A DNA stretch of 64,000 bases from an uncultured virus (IMG/VR IMGVR_UViG_3300021185_002094) (lineage: Duplodnaviria > Heunggongvirae > Uroviricota > Caudoviricetes): IMG/VR virus record IMGVR_UViG_3300021185_002094; one strand, 5' to 3'. The notes under the pieces are model-generated. The model saw only the letters and a program-made list of their open reading frames with translations. It was not told the origin of the DNA and did not search any database. A program made the translations under genes and the position numbers. Positions within the stretch are counted from its first letter, which is position 1; each line of letters begins with the position of its first letter. Shown piece by piece: positions 10,501 through 20,317 of this stretch.

Positions 10501-12968
10501 ACTTTAATATCACCTACATCAAATACGTAAGGTCGTAAATTAATATTATAAAGATGAATCGCATTTTCTATGCTTTGTGGTTCTACTGGTATTAAACCTG
10601 CCTTTCCTTTTACTACTTTATAACTTCCATCTTTTACTAAGAATAATTTATCAATTCTACCAACATAATGTTTAAGTGTATATGAAATTGATCCGACTGG
10701 CTGAATCATATTACAACCTGAAGGGCCTTGACCAGATGAAAATTCTGAACCAGTAGTCGCGCCAGATCTTGCTTTTGTAGGTCTAAAGTCTATTGCATCT
10801 CTAAGAGAAACTCCTTTATAAGAAGGAATAGAATCGTAATCTGAATATGAATCTGCAGAGAAATAATTACCTGCTGTATTATGTTGGAAACATTTAAAGT
10901 TTACAGTAAAGTTACCTGCAGGTAATACTGCTCCACCTTTTAGAATTACTTTACCGATATCATAGAATGAATCCCTTTGGCCATTATCTAAAATAAATTT
11001 ATCTGTAACATTATTATTAGCAGAATCTATAATAGAAATGATTTCTGTAATATCAACTTCTCCTAGATCATAGCTTGATTGTGATGAACTATAAGTTAAT
11101 GTTGCAGATTTAGTAAGTACACTACCTTTTGCTTTCACTGCACCTGCTGTAATTTGGCCAGTTACAATAGCAGTTATGGCAGTACCATTAGCTGCAGTTA
11201 TTGCTATAGTTGCAACCCCTTGGCCTACACCACCAACTGCAGTATCTGCAACTTCTAATGCATTAGATGCTCCAGCCAAGTATACTACAACATCATCATC
11301 GTTAGCTAAAGTTATACCTGATGGCATAGGTATGTTGGCCGAATTATTACTACCAACTTGGCCTGTTATTTTTACTCTTACGTTATACGCTGCAGTAAAG
11401 TTATTTCCTGCAACATCTTTAAGAGATGAAACAGCAGTTGCTGGTAACGGAAATACTAAACTATTATTACCAGTTTCAAACCTTGTTCCTTGAATGCCTG
11501 ATATAACCAATGAACTACCATTTCTTACACCTAGGTCTGCAGTGAATGAACCCTGTTTAACTGATTTAACACTAGCAAAACTTTCTCCAGTTTCCATTGT
11601 AACATCAAAGATATAAAGTCTGAAGTGTTTCGAAGTAGATGTAGAATCGTATTCAATTCCTCTTGCTCTTGCTGTACCTATTTTATTACTACCTGACTGA
11701 GTACCTGATACTACTACACTATGTAAATCTAGTGTGGTAAAGTTATTAACATCTGGAGTTTCGACTGTATTATTTGGATCTAACTTAATATAGTTACCAA
11801 ATCCTATAGACTGAGTATTACCCACAACAGTTCTTTGATCTGAAGAATCTCTACCTTTATCAATTACTACATGCTCTGTTGCTACTTTTTCTATTCTTCT
11901 TCCATCTATATATGCAATAGAAGGTTCAATACCAATGGCAATCTTTTCTGCATCACCATTTGTTAAGTAGCCATTATTATTATTTTCGTTTCTATGTTCT
12001 TTTATATCTAATACGAATGGTGAAAGAATATAATCGCCTGACTCTTCTGATGTTCTTTGTTCAAATCTATCTGAAAGTTGAGTATCAATTGGAGCGTCAT
12101 CTTTTCTAATTACTATACCATTTTTAATATCTGCAAGGTATACATATTTACCTACAGTTCTATTTGCTAGATCAATAGGTTCTTTAATTAGATTAAGAGA
12201 AATTACATATCTGTTAGCGCCTGGTGCTGATGCATTAGGACTGCCCTGTGCATTATCATTAAGATCAGAATATCCAGTATCTAAACTACTCTTTATTCCA
12301 TCTGTAATTTTTAAACCTACAATGTATGTAGGAGTATTAGTATATTTGTCAAGTAAAATTAACTCTGATGGAGTATGTACAAATGAACCATTTACGAAAA
12401 AGATACCTTCTTCAATTGCATATGCAGAACCAAACCCAATTGGATTTAGAGTAGGATTAGAACCAGTTGTTGAACTAATAGTAGCACTTACAACCGTACC
12501 AGTTGTAGTAGATATTACATCTCCCTGGCTAAATACTGAAGTTTCTTTGTTAGTACCTGAGTTTATATATTCAAGATAAAGAGTATCAGGTTCTGCAGTA
12601 TTACCAACTGTTTCTGCAGGAACTACTTTAATTACTTTTGCCTGTAATCCAGCAGTATTTTGAATTATCTTTCCAGCGAAAGTAGAAAGATAAGTAGAAA
12701 TGGCCGTATTACTATGAGTAGGATCCAATTTAATATATTGAAAGTTATCAACTAAGAGGGTTTGTTTACCACCAAGTACTCTATCACCATCAGCAAAAGT
12801 ATACTGACCTAGTTTATCTATCTGAGATTGTAATGCAGTTTGTAACTGTGTTAGTTCTCTTGCCTGAACTGCAAATCCCGGACGGAATAGGATTCTGTGA
12901 TAATTCTTAGTTTCGTCAAAATCATCAAAGTGTGGATCGCCGAAAGTTTTTACGTTTGTTATAGCCAT
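7557..12968 (-). CDS. large virion structural protein (VrlC/DUF4815-like)
   Basis: N-terminal PHFDDFDETKNYHRILFRPGFAVQARELTQLQ, internal RYTMQDIGKL..R..RLEYYTSLSLLE and RFKNGFIVDGF motifs; follows gp8. Confidence 0.85.
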   Translation of the reverse strand: MAITNVKTFGDPHFDDFDETKNYHRILFRPGFAVQARELTQLQTALQSQIDKLGQYTFADGDRVLGGKQTLLVDNFQYIKLDPTHSNTAISTYLSTFAGKIIQNTAGLQAKVIKVVPAETVGNTAEPDTLYLEYINSGTNKETSVFSQGDVISTTTGTVVSATISSTTGSNPTLNPIGFGSAYAIEEGIFFVNGSFVHTPSELILLDKYTNTPTYIVGLKITDGIKSSLDTGYSDLNDNAQGSPNASAPGANRYVISLNLIKEPIDLANRTVGKYVYLADIKNGIVIRKDDAPIDTQLSDRFEQRTSEESGDYILSPFVLDIKEHRNENNNNGYLTNGDAEKIAIGIEPSIAYIDGRRIEKVATEHVVIDKGRDSSDQRTVVGNTQSIGFGNYIKLDPNNTVETPDVNNFTTLDLHSVVVSGTQSGSNKIGTARARGIEYDSTSTSKHFRLYIFDVTMETGESFASVKSVKQGSFTADLGVRNGSSLVISGIQGTRFETGNNSLVFPLPATAVSSLKDVAGNNFTAAYNVRVKITGQVGSNNSANIPMPSGITLANDDDVVVYLAGASNALEVADTAVGGVGQGVATIAITAANGTAITAIVTGQITAGAVKAKGSVLTKSATLTYSSSQSSYDLGEVDITEIISIIDSANNNVTDKFILDNGQRDSFYDIGKVILKGGAVLPAGNFTVNFKCFQHNTAGNYFSADSYSDYDSIPSYKGVSLRDAIDFRPTKARSGATTGSEFSSGQGPSGCNMIQPVGSISYTLKHYVGRIDKLFLVKDGSYKVVKGKAGLIPVEPQSIENAIHLYNINLRPYVFDVGDIKVTKVDNKRYTMQDIGKLDSRVKRLEYYTSLSLLEKSAKEAQLFDGNGATRFKNGFIVDGFFGHNIGDASHPDYDVSVDKNRGILRPKFDERSINLIRETGDSGTAVKSSKGGIVTMPYTHVTEINQPYSSYSEFVNPYDVVVWDGTIRLSPESDEWKDVDQRPDIIIDDTSAFDQFVTMSEQNGILGTVWNEWETNWTGTTTTGLNVVNDLWIANEGREPNRLTGTVNPNGRGRQDVRTTQNAIVETGTATRTGQDAYVAFDRETKEIGNSVVEVNFIPFMRSRKIYFDAELMKPNTRVYAFFNGVDVTDYCKQESSFVEFTDRSSVITYEDKTQHPSYTNSDKLETNASGRIIGSFVIPRNEQLKFKAGTREFKLTDSATNANDSTTRAAVNFFAQGILETYQRTIVSTKVPRIAYREVSESRTVQRRIQLPEVTRWVDPVAETFLITKKGGIFTTSIDLFFAVKDANIPIHVSIREVENGTPTQREVPGASTVVYPTSINLPTDMTANEGVGNANVATTISWDHPVFLKEGQEYAVVLISNSSEYKVYVAETSKIDLTDSSYQISKQPYNGVFFTSANASTWTPDQTKDLKFKLNRASFTGTSAQINLCNDVVPAKPLEADPFVFISKNSSANTTTVRVLHPNHGMYGSTSNHVVQLSIPSTTSTINGLARSVFVNTTHTITSMEHDSYVIVLPDHENATVADNTRRGGGVGITATENQMYNLTKLSTSIIEFPGDPDTTEDDVKIEFKHTGVTTKSMDGDNDGTQTLYTNASQLPIIANENTQFSYPQAVMSEVNRTGNNLTQQGTYRINATLSNNGIENLSPVIDLNRTSAICVQNRINDATGNADAYTVRGTYQAESNPTGTSNVAKYITKKVELNTDGNNLDIFMDINRPGGTSVDVYYKATDDTDIDFDNIGWTGPILPELPIPVNNTESEYNEAHFNVATGFPFNAFSVKIVLRSANSAYVPTVKNFRAIANT

Positions 12969-12988
12969 TTATATTCTCTCTTTTTATA

Positions 12989-12996
12989 TATTTATA
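12989..12996 (-). promoter_or_regulatory. T4-type late promoter TATAAATA
   Basis: Exact motif in the intergenic gap, followed by an AGAGAGAA purine run and the ATG at 12968. Confidence 0.75.
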
Positions 12997-13002
12997 GAAC
13001 TT

Positions 13003-14442
13003 TTAGAATTCTATAATACATTTAATATCTTCAATTTGTGATGCAGTTCTTGAAATAGGTGCTCTATTTTCTAGGAAGATTAACTGTCCACTTCCTTCAA
13101 CAAATTCTGAATTTTGTACTGCGTCTGACCCATCAGAACTTGAACTACCACCTGTTGGTAAAGTTCCGTTAATTGCTTCTCCAGTATCGGTAAAGTTTCC
13201 AAAACCAGTTTTTCTATTTTGATAATAGTATAATCTTTTATTAGTAGTATCAATTTCTGCAAGGTATGCCTTAGCACCTGAAGTACCACCAGTAAGTAAA
13301 CAGTCTACATTGTATGCAGTAACATCAGCACCTGAAGCCATTTGTAAATACTTCAAGCCTTTAAGAGTACCTGCAGTTGCAACTGTAGTAGTTGCCGCTC
13401 CATTTTCTTCGGATGTATGACCACTATCTGTATTAGTTGCCCTCTTAAAAGGATTCTTAATAATTGATATTTGTCTAAAGTCATTGTTTACAGTTAAGTC
13501 TCCACCCTCAGCTGAATCTAACTGAGCATTAAGTCCGACATAAAATGCACCTAACTCTTTTACTGGATCAAGTCCATGTCCGCCAGAAGGAGAGATAACT
13601 GCTCTTGCAGTACCACCAGTACCTCCACCACCAGAGATTACAATATCAGCAATAGTATAGTCTGTTCCTTTTGCAGATCCTGATGTACTAGTACCTATTC
13701 CAATTGCAGTAATTGCTCCACCACTAATAGTAATATCTGCAGCTGCAACTGTTGCACCTGAGCCATCTCCTGTAATAGTAACAGTTGGGGCCGAAGTATA
13801 ACCAGAACCACCAGCAGTAACTACTATTCTTTCAATACCAGCCGCTGTTGCTGAATCTCTTGAAGTTTGTTGTGATTCTTGTTGTGGTCTATCAACACTA
13901 GTACCTGCTAGATCAGGGCTCATTGCTAGTGTTTTTACTGGCATATAAGAATTAGTTAAAAACTTTTCTGAATCTGCTGTAGTAATAGTATACATATATT
14001 TCCAAGTATACCCATCACCTAAAGTAACTGGATCAACACCAGTATGAACTGGCTGTACTGATGTTACTGAGGCCCCGGCCTTGATACATTTATAAACTTT
14101 AAATTCTGATTTAGTCATCACATAAAATTTTTCATCATAAATATCGGAATCTTCTGAATCCCATGCTACGTATTGTGCCCCATCTTCATAATTGTATCTT
14201 GGTATAACGTGAGATACATCACTTGATGTTACTCTTTTAAGACCAAGTATTTGTTGAAATGCCTCATTAGTATCGTTAATATGATCTCCAGGGACTGAAG
14301 GTGTAGTGTCAGAGAGGTCTGATGTTGCATTCGACCAAACATCTGATTTACCGATGGCCAAATAAACACTGGAGCCTGTGACATCTTCCTTGAAATTCTC
14401 GGCATTGAGAACTCTAAAAGGTGTTGTAATAATTGCTGCCAT
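13003..14442 (-). CDS. gp8: baseplate wedge subunit
   Basis: MAAIIT..FRVLNAENF, VYKCI, DGYTWKYMYTI, NDFRQISII.NP, ENRAPISR..QIEDIK..IEF; gp6-gp7-gp8 synteny. Confidence 0.9.
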   Translation of the reverse strand: MAAIITTPFRVLNAENFKEDVTGSSVYLAIGKSDVWSNATSDLSDTTPSVPGDHINDTNEAFQQILGLKRVTSSDVSHVIPRYNYEDGAQYVAWDSEDSDIYDEKFYVMTKSEFKVYKCIKAGASVTSVQPVHTGVDPVTLGDGYTWKYMYTITTADSEKFLTNSYMPVKTLAMSPDLAGTSVDRPQQESQQTSRDSATAAGIERIVVTAGGSGYTSAPTVTITGDGSGATVAAADITISGGAITAIGIGTSTSGSAKGTDYTIADIVISGGGGTGGTARAVISPSGGHGLDPVKELGAFYVGLNAQLDSAEGGDLTVNNDFRQISIIKNPFKRATNTDSGHTSEENGAATTTVATAGTLKGLKYLQMASGADVTAYNVDCLLTGGTSGAKAYLAEIDTTNKRLYYYQNRKTGFGNFTDTGEAINGTLPTGGSSSSDGSDAVQNSEFVEGSGQLIFLENRAPISRTASQIEDIKCIIEF

Positions 14443-14466
14443 AATTCTATCCTATGTTTATGTTAG

Positions 14467-16647
14467 TTAGTCTAAGTTTATAAAACTACTAGTGTTATAT
14501 CTATTTATAGTGTTTTTATAATCGTTTTGTATAATATGTGAACCTAATTGTTCAATTGTAAGGTTCGAATTGAACCTATAGTTACTTTTATTAAATCTAT
14601 CTTCTTTACTATTAAAGTAGTTATTTGATCTTGCTTGATTTAAGTCATTAAGTAATATAATAAGTATTGCCTTAATATCTTTTGCTCTTAATTCTGTTAC
14701 TGTAGTAGAACCTAAAGTAACTGATGGATCTAATACATAACCGTTACCAGGGTTAGTAATATTTATAGTAGTAATACCTGCAGGTAACATAAATGAATCT
14801 GCAACTGCATTACTTCCACCGCCACCTGAGAAAGTTATTGTAGGTGGCTGTATATATCCACTGCCTTGTTTAGTTATATGTACCCCATCAACTTCACCTA
14901 GTTCATTAATATTTGCAAATCCTTCTGCAGTTGTACCACTTGGTGGTGCTGAGAAAGTAACAGTTGGTCTTGATGAATAACCAGAACCACCTGATATAAT
15001 TTTTACTCTTTCAACTCCAGTTGCTTCTAAATTAAACTGTGCAGTTGCCTGTACATTAGTGCTTAATAAGTTTCCGTCTGCATCTTTAGCAGTTGGTGTG
15101 CCTATTCTAATAATAGGTGGTCTACGATATTGTTTCATAGATACCGATTCTGTTGGGAATGAAAGATTAGTAACTGTTCCCACACCACTGTTGGCTGCTA
15201 CTGCCAATGAAGCAGTAGTATAACCTGTATTTGTTCCACCTATAGTAACTGACTCTATTTCACCAAGTGAATTAATTACTGGAGTTAATGTTGCATTACC
15301 ACCTTCTGCAATAGTAATACTAGGTGGAGAAGAAAATCCAAATCCGGGATTAATAACTTCAACATTTGTTATAGCACCACTTGATACTGTCGCAGATAGT
15401 ACTGCGTTACGATTAATTTTTGCTTCTGCAGTAGGAGTAAACATAGAAGCAAATGCCTCTACAAGTAATGGTAAATCTTCTGCACCGATCAAGCCTGGTT
15501 GAATACCTGGCATAGATGATAATGTAAATCTATTAGCTCTATCACCTCCGTATACATTTACCAATTGATTAACAAGTAATCCCGTTTCTGGATTCTTAGT
15601 CTGAACTGTTATACCCTTTGAGGAATCTCCAAAAAACTGCCTTGTAAGTTGTAAAATAATTAAAATTTCTCCGAAGAATACAAATCCTGCAGGGTGTACT
15701 AATCTATTAAATGTTGAGTCCCAATCTTTAAAGTTTCTACCAGTCTTAATTAGATAACTATATTTTTGGTATCTGTAACTATCTTGTAATCTAATTTTCT
15801 TTTCTGAAATAAAACCTTTAGTAGAAATAAATTGATTTGCATCTGAATCCCAATTACCTGATGAGGGAATAAGAGTGTTATCCCACGGCCGTGTTACTTC
15901 TACTTCATCTTCAAAGAATAGTCTAAAGAAAGTTGCAATAGAATCTTGTGAACCTCTTACTCTATAAAAGTCAATAATTCTTTTGTAAAGGGTTGCCTTA
16001 TTAACTGTAACATCTCTAGGAATGATTGCCGCAATTTCTTTTTGCATAAATCTAAGATATTCACTAGTAGGATCTGCATTATCATCTAAGTTTTTATCAA
16101 TGTCCATTGCATCTTCTAGTGCGTTAAGTACATAAGAAGGCCCTGGCCCTACCCAGTGTTTAATTGGAGTTGTAAGTGTTGCTGTCTGGCCATTATAAGA
16201 ACCTAATCCAGTCACAGTAAATGTTTTACCGTGTTCCGTAGTAGATGCGGCCAGTGAACCAGGAAGCTCATTACCATTTGATATTTGAACATTAATTGAA
16301 GTTAGTGTAATAGTTGTAGTACCAATCTTTAAAGTACTATTACCGCCGTCATGGTCTGCAAAGAATTGAGTACCAGTTCCGTCTGGATCTGGATATCTAA
16401 AGACTGCTTTACCATCTAAAATTCTATCAGTAAATGTTTCGGTATCTTGGTATATAAACTCGTTCATATTCATAAAATCATAATATGATTCCAAAAGTTT
16501 TTCAATACCTACATTACCATTTGAAGTATTAATACCATCTAAAATACCATCAGGAATTAATTGGCTTATTTGCAAGTCTTCTTTGGACTTTCTCTTTGAA
16601 GAAAATACCGACTCTACATATCCGGGTGAATTATTATCTATTGACAT
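14467..16647 (-). CDS. gp7: baseplate wedge initiator (short gp7-like)
   Basis: FYRVRGS..SI..FFRLFF, RLQDSYRYQKYSYLIK, RLVHPAGFVFFGE, plus NPG.GY..PP.I.F repeats; between gp6 and gp8. Confidence 0.75.
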   Translation of the reverse strand: MSIDNNSPGYVESVFSSKRKSKEDLQISQLIPDGILDGINTSNGNVGIEKLLESYYDFMNMNEFIYQDTETFTDRILDGKAVFRYPDPDGTGTQFFADHDGGNSTLKIGTTTITLTSINVQISNGNELPGSLAASTTEHGKTFTVTGLGSYNGQTATLTTPIKHWVGPGPSYVLNALEDAMDIDKNLDDNADPTSEYLRFMQKEIAAIIPRDVTVNKATLYKRIIDFYRVRGSQDSIATFFRLFFEDEVEVTRPWDNTLIPSSGNWDSDANQFISTKGFISEKKIRLQDSYRYQKYSYLIKTGRNFKDWDSTFNRLVHPAGFVFFGEILIILQLTRQFFGDSSKGITVQTKNPETGLLVNQLVNVYGGDRANRFTLSSMPGIQPGLIGAEDLPLLVEAFASMFTPTAEAKINRNAVLSATVSSGAITNVEVINPGFGFSSPPSITIAEGGNATLTPVINSLGEIESVTIGGTNTGYTTASLAVAANSGVGTVTNLSFPTESVSMKQYRRPPIIRIGTPTAKDADGNLLSTNVQATAQFNLEATGVERVKIISGGSGYSSRPTVTFSAPPSGTTAEGFANINELGEVDGVHITKQGSGYIQPPTITFSGGGGSNAVADSFMLPAGITTINITNPGNGYVLDPSVTLGSTTVTELRAKDIKAILIILLNDLNQARSNNYFNSKEDRFNKSNYRFNSNLTIEQLGSHIIQNDYKNTINRYNTSSFINLD

Positions 16648-16648
16648 A

Positions 16649-18517
16649 TTATCTTAACCTAGAATTTACTGAGTAATCAATTGAGCCAGATGAACCTGCT
16701 GTAGATATTGTATCTATCTGTCCTGTAATATCTACATAAGTTTGGTCTATATTAATTAACTGATCTCTTTTAGGAGCAATATCCAAAGAGTTAGGAGCAA
16801 CAGTAATTCTTATTGGAGTTGAATTACTAGAAGCACTAAAGTTTTCAAGTTTTATTTTACCCTTAGATGGTTCAATAAGTCCAGCATCTTGTATTACTGT
16901 AATATTTTGACCATCTACAATTTTATAAACTATTACTTGTCTATTTGTAGAACCACTAATGGCAATATCTCCAAAGTAATGATCTGGGCCATCTATGTTA
17001 ATTTTAAATGCATTAGAACCAATTAAATAATTTGCAGAATCCCCTGTTTCATAAAATGGTGAAGCAAAGGATAGATTAAATACATTATCTATTGCATTAG
17101 TTCCTGCAGTAATTGTTTGGAACATATAAGGTCTAATTGTTGAGTTAATGATTGCTGGATCTGCTGCATCAATTAATTTTAATAATTGTGAATGTCTAAA
17201 GACTCCATCGAACTTATTTAAGTTATTAAAGTTATAATCTGATATTACATCTCTTACAACATTTGCTAATTCTATATTAGTTCTATCAGTAAGATTTGGA
17301 TTATACTTAAAGAATACATCTAACTCCAAATGAGTAAAGTTTGGATCCACGATCTCGGGTGTAATAGAAACAATATTTTTACCTTTTAATACTGTATCCT
17401 TAATAGCAAGTTTTTCAGAATCTAAAAGAGTTTCTGCAGTAAGTGGTTTAATTGCAATGTAAACTGTACCGAAGTCAGGTGGATCATTATCTTCACCACC
17501 CCATGTTGATATGGAAGAAATATTTGCAAAACCTTTAAGAATGATTGATCTATAATCTTCTGCTGTAACTGCTCTGTTCTGTGAAGTAAATGTTAGAGGA
17601 GCATTAAATCTGATTGATTCTACCGACTCTTCTTCAACACCACCCGAAGAATTAGTAAGAGTAGTTACTGTATTAGTGAATACTCCAGTTAATTGTGGAA
17701 TAGTTCCTGTAAAGGTAAATCTATCTGCACCATTTGCAGCTTCACCATCGGTATAGATATAATCAAGAGTTACAATATTATCATTAACTGGTTTCTTACC
17801 TGTAATACCATCTCCGAAATATACTTCAAATTTACCATTAGGATTTTCCTGTAAGTAATAAACTTGAGATTTAGAATTTACATTAATAAGTGATTCAAAT
17901 CGTGTGTAAATATTATACGCAGTTGATTTTTCGTTGTCTTGTACTCTTACTCTTAATGTGCTTGTATCTGCATCACTATCTGCAAGTTGAAATTTCTGAT
18001 TATCTATATCATTATCAACTCTATATAATAGTGTTTTAAATACACCCTGAGTGAGTTCAATATTATTAAAAGTATATGTATTATTTGTAGAATTTAATTG
18101 AGCAGAGTAGTTTTGAGAAACTGCAAAATCATACTTAGTACCACTAATGTTTGATTGGAACTTTGTGCCTCTTTTAAGAATAAGTGTTTCTGGTCTTATA
18201 TTTTCGAATGCAGCATTAACAGTAAAGTTAATTGTGGCCCTAGAAGCCAGTTTAGATCTGGGTGTATACCCTAAAAGTTTAGCACGAGTAACTACATTGC
18301 CTCTAATTTGTGCTGAGTCTAAGAATGCTTCGTTTAGTGCATAGTGTGCTGCCATCGCATTGTAATGTGTATTATATGCAAGAACATCTAAGAGAACACT
18401 AAGGCTACTCCCTTCAAAATTAAAATCATTAAATTGATCTTGATTCTTTAAATAATTTTTTAGATTATCCTTTATCTGATCAAAATCTAATTCTGTTACG
18501 TTTAAATTACTGGCCAT
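16649..18517 (-). CDS. gp6: baseplate wedge subunit
   Basis: ELDFDQIK..L..YL, FEGSSLSVLLDVLAYNTHYNA, AKLLGYTPRS, QNRAVTAEDY, WGGEDNDPP. Confidence 0.95.
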   Translation of the reverse strand: MASNLNVTELDFDQIKDNLKNYLKNQDQFNDFNFEGSSLSVLLDVLAYNTHYNAMAAHYALNEAFLDSAQIRGNVVTRAKLLGYTPRSKLASRATINFTVNAAFENIRPETLILKRGTKFQSNISGTKYDFAVSQNYSAQLNSTNNTYTFNNIELTQGVFKTLLYRVDNDIDNQKFQLADSDADTSTLRVRVQDNEKSTAYNIYTRFESLINVNSKSQVYYLQENPNGKFEVYFGDGITGKKPVNDNIVTLDYIYTDGEAANGADRFTFTGTIPQLTGVFTNTVTTLTNSSGGVEEESVESIRFNAPLTFTSQNRAVTAEDYRSIILKGFANISSISTWGGEDNDPPDFGTVYIAIKPLTAETLLDSEKLAIKDTVLKGKNIVSITPEIVDPNFTHLELDVFFKYNPNLTDRTNIELANVVRDVISDYNFNNLNKFDGVFRHSQLLKLIDAADPAIINSTIRPYMFQTITAGTNAIDNVFNLSFASPFYETGDSANYLIGSNAFKINIDGPDHYFGDIAISGSTNRQVIVYKIVDGQNITVIQDAGLIEPSKGKIKLENFSASSNSTPIRITVAPNSLDIAPKRDQLINIDQTYVDITGQIDTISTAGSSGSIDYSVNSRLR

Positions 18518-18521
18518 ATTA

Positions 18522-18971
18522 TTACCTTAATCTTCTTAGAACAATGTCTAGCTTTTGTATTTCATTGTTCTCTTTTATTCTAAATTTTATAGTGATATCA
18601 TATTTATTTTCTACTTCATTGCCCTTAACACTTATTTTTAAAATATTTACTCTTGCTTCCTTTTTAACAATCGCACTAATAATATCTTCCATAGTAGTTT
18701 CTGTAAGAAAGTTTATAGGTTCAAAAAGTAAAGCTCTTAGATTGCCACCTAAGTTTCTCTGGAATGGTCTTTCGAATGTATCTGTGTTAAGTAAGTTTTT
18801 TAATGAATTCTTTATTGCTCTATCATCTTTTAGTGGCATTATATCCTTTTTAAATGGATGTAGTGCAAGTGAAAGGTCTAAATCACTGTAACCTTTCTTA
18901 TTGGCGATAGTAGATGCACCACCAGGGTAGTCCGATAAAATTCTATTACTTCTGTTATTTTCTTCTGCCAT
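18522..18971 (-). CDS. gp25: baseplate wedge subunit / sheath initiator
   Basis: YSDLDLS...HP..KDI..L.D..AIKNSLKNLL.T..FERPF...G..LRALLFEP. Confidence 0.9.
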   Translation of the reverse strand: MAEENNRSNRILSDYPGGASTIANKKGYSDLDLSLALHPFKKDIMPLKDDRAIKNSLKNLLNTDTFERPFQRNLGGNLRALLFEPINFLTETTMEDIISAIVKKEARVNILKISVKGNEVENKYDITIKFRIKENNEIQKLDIVLRRLR

Positions 18972-18976
18972 ATACT

Positions 18977-18984
18977 TATTTATA
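18977..18984 (-). promoter_or_regulatory. T4-type late promoter TATAAATA
   Basis: Exact motif 5 nt upstream of the gp25 ATG. Confidence 0.75.
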
Positions 18985-19003
18985 ACGCCTTAGTATGAGA
19001 ATG

Positions 19004-20317
19004 TTAATCAATAACTAATAAAGTTAGTCCTGCAGTTGGCTGTGAATCGAGTGTTACACTACTTGCGTTATGAGTAAACCCTGTTGTTAACTTCACACCA
19101 TCCAAAAATACTAAGCCGCTTCCCCCTGTTGGTCCGTATTCAGTTTTATTATTTTCTGTGGTAAATTGATAAGTTTCTGCAGTACTTGTATTTGCAGCAG
19201 ACTTAAAACTATCACCTACATTTGATCCTTCTGTGCCTAAAGTAGCCGCTCCTGTAGTTACTAAACCATTAAGAATAAAATCGCCATCTAATGTTATAGT
19301 GCTTGGCATTCCAATTAACTTCATAAAGTCACAGAAATCAAATGTTACCCAATCTAAAATGGCACCTAAACCAATAGCATCTAGGAACTTCTTTACCTTC
19401 TCTAACCATTCCATTATTAAATACTTAGGGAATTCTTCTATAAAATTTGTAGCCCTAGTAATTAATCTTTCTTTTTGTCTCTCTGGATTTTCAAGGTATT
19501 CATTTGGTTCACCACCTAAAATATCAATAATACTAAATCCTGCAATATTTATTTCTCTTAGTTTATCTATGATCTGTCCTTCAATCTCTGCTCTTAAATC
19601 TGCAGGCGCATCATCAAGTTGTTGCTGTAAGTCTTCAATAACTTCGTTGATTATTTCTTCAATATCTAAAGTTAATATTGCAGGTAATGAAGGAAGTCCA
19701 AGAGCATCCCATATCTCTTTAAACATATCAATCAATTTACCTGCTGCACTATATATGAGTTTAAGTGCACCTTGATTTAGTTGTGACATTATATAATCCC
19801 AAATAGATTCGGCCTTAAATTCTGGAGACTCTAGTGTACTATCTTCACCATATCTTCTTAACTGTTTAGGAAGTAGTGCATCTAGGTCATCTAATTTTTC
19901 TGATACCTCTAATTTTAATTCGGCCCTATAAGCAGAATCTTCAAATATTCTTAGTATATCTATTTTAAGACCCAGTATAGGAATTATAAAATCTATAGGT
20001 ATTACTTTTGCAATGATCTCTAATATTTTTACTTGAGGAAAAAGATGGTACTCTTCTATGAGTGCAGTAATTCTTCTTTCCCATTCTATCTCTGGTATTT
20101 CTATTGTAGGATAAATTGGATTAGTTACAGAAATAGGATAGTTACCTAGAGCCTTTTCTACAGTCTCTAAGATTTCCATGATCTTATCTGCTTCATCTTG
20201 TTTACCAGATAACGCCAAAAGATTTGCAATATTTAATACTTCAGTAAATGTATTTGCCAAATCAGCAGGTTTGGGTAATAAGACCTTAGCGCATGGGATC
20301 TCTATTTCTGTGGTCAT
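19004..20317 (-). CDS. hypothetical baseplate-associated protein (acidic, helical, small C-terminal beta domain)
   Basis: 437 aa ORF coupled to gp5; no family recognised. Confidence 0.6.
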   Translation of the reverse strand: MTTEIEIPCAKVLLPKPADLANTFTEVLNIANLLALSGKQDEADKIMEILETVEKALGNYPISVTNPIYPTIEIPEIEWERRITALIEEYHLFPQVKILEIIAKVIPIDFIIPILGLKIDILRIFEDSAYRAELKLEVSEKLDDLDALLPKQLRRYGEDSTLESPEFKAESIWDYIMSQLNQGALKLIYSAAGKLIDMFKEIWDALGLPSLPAILTLDIEEIINEVIEDLQQQLDDAPADLRAEIEGQIIDKLREINIAGFSIIDILGGEPNEYLENPERQKERLITRATNFIEEFPKYLIMEWLEKVKKFLDAIGLGAILDWVTFDFCDFMKLIGMPSTITLDGDFILNGLVTTGAATLGTEGSNVGDSFKSAANTSTAETYQFTTENNKTEYGPTGGSGLVFLDGVKLTTGFTHNASSVTLDSQPTAGLTLLVID

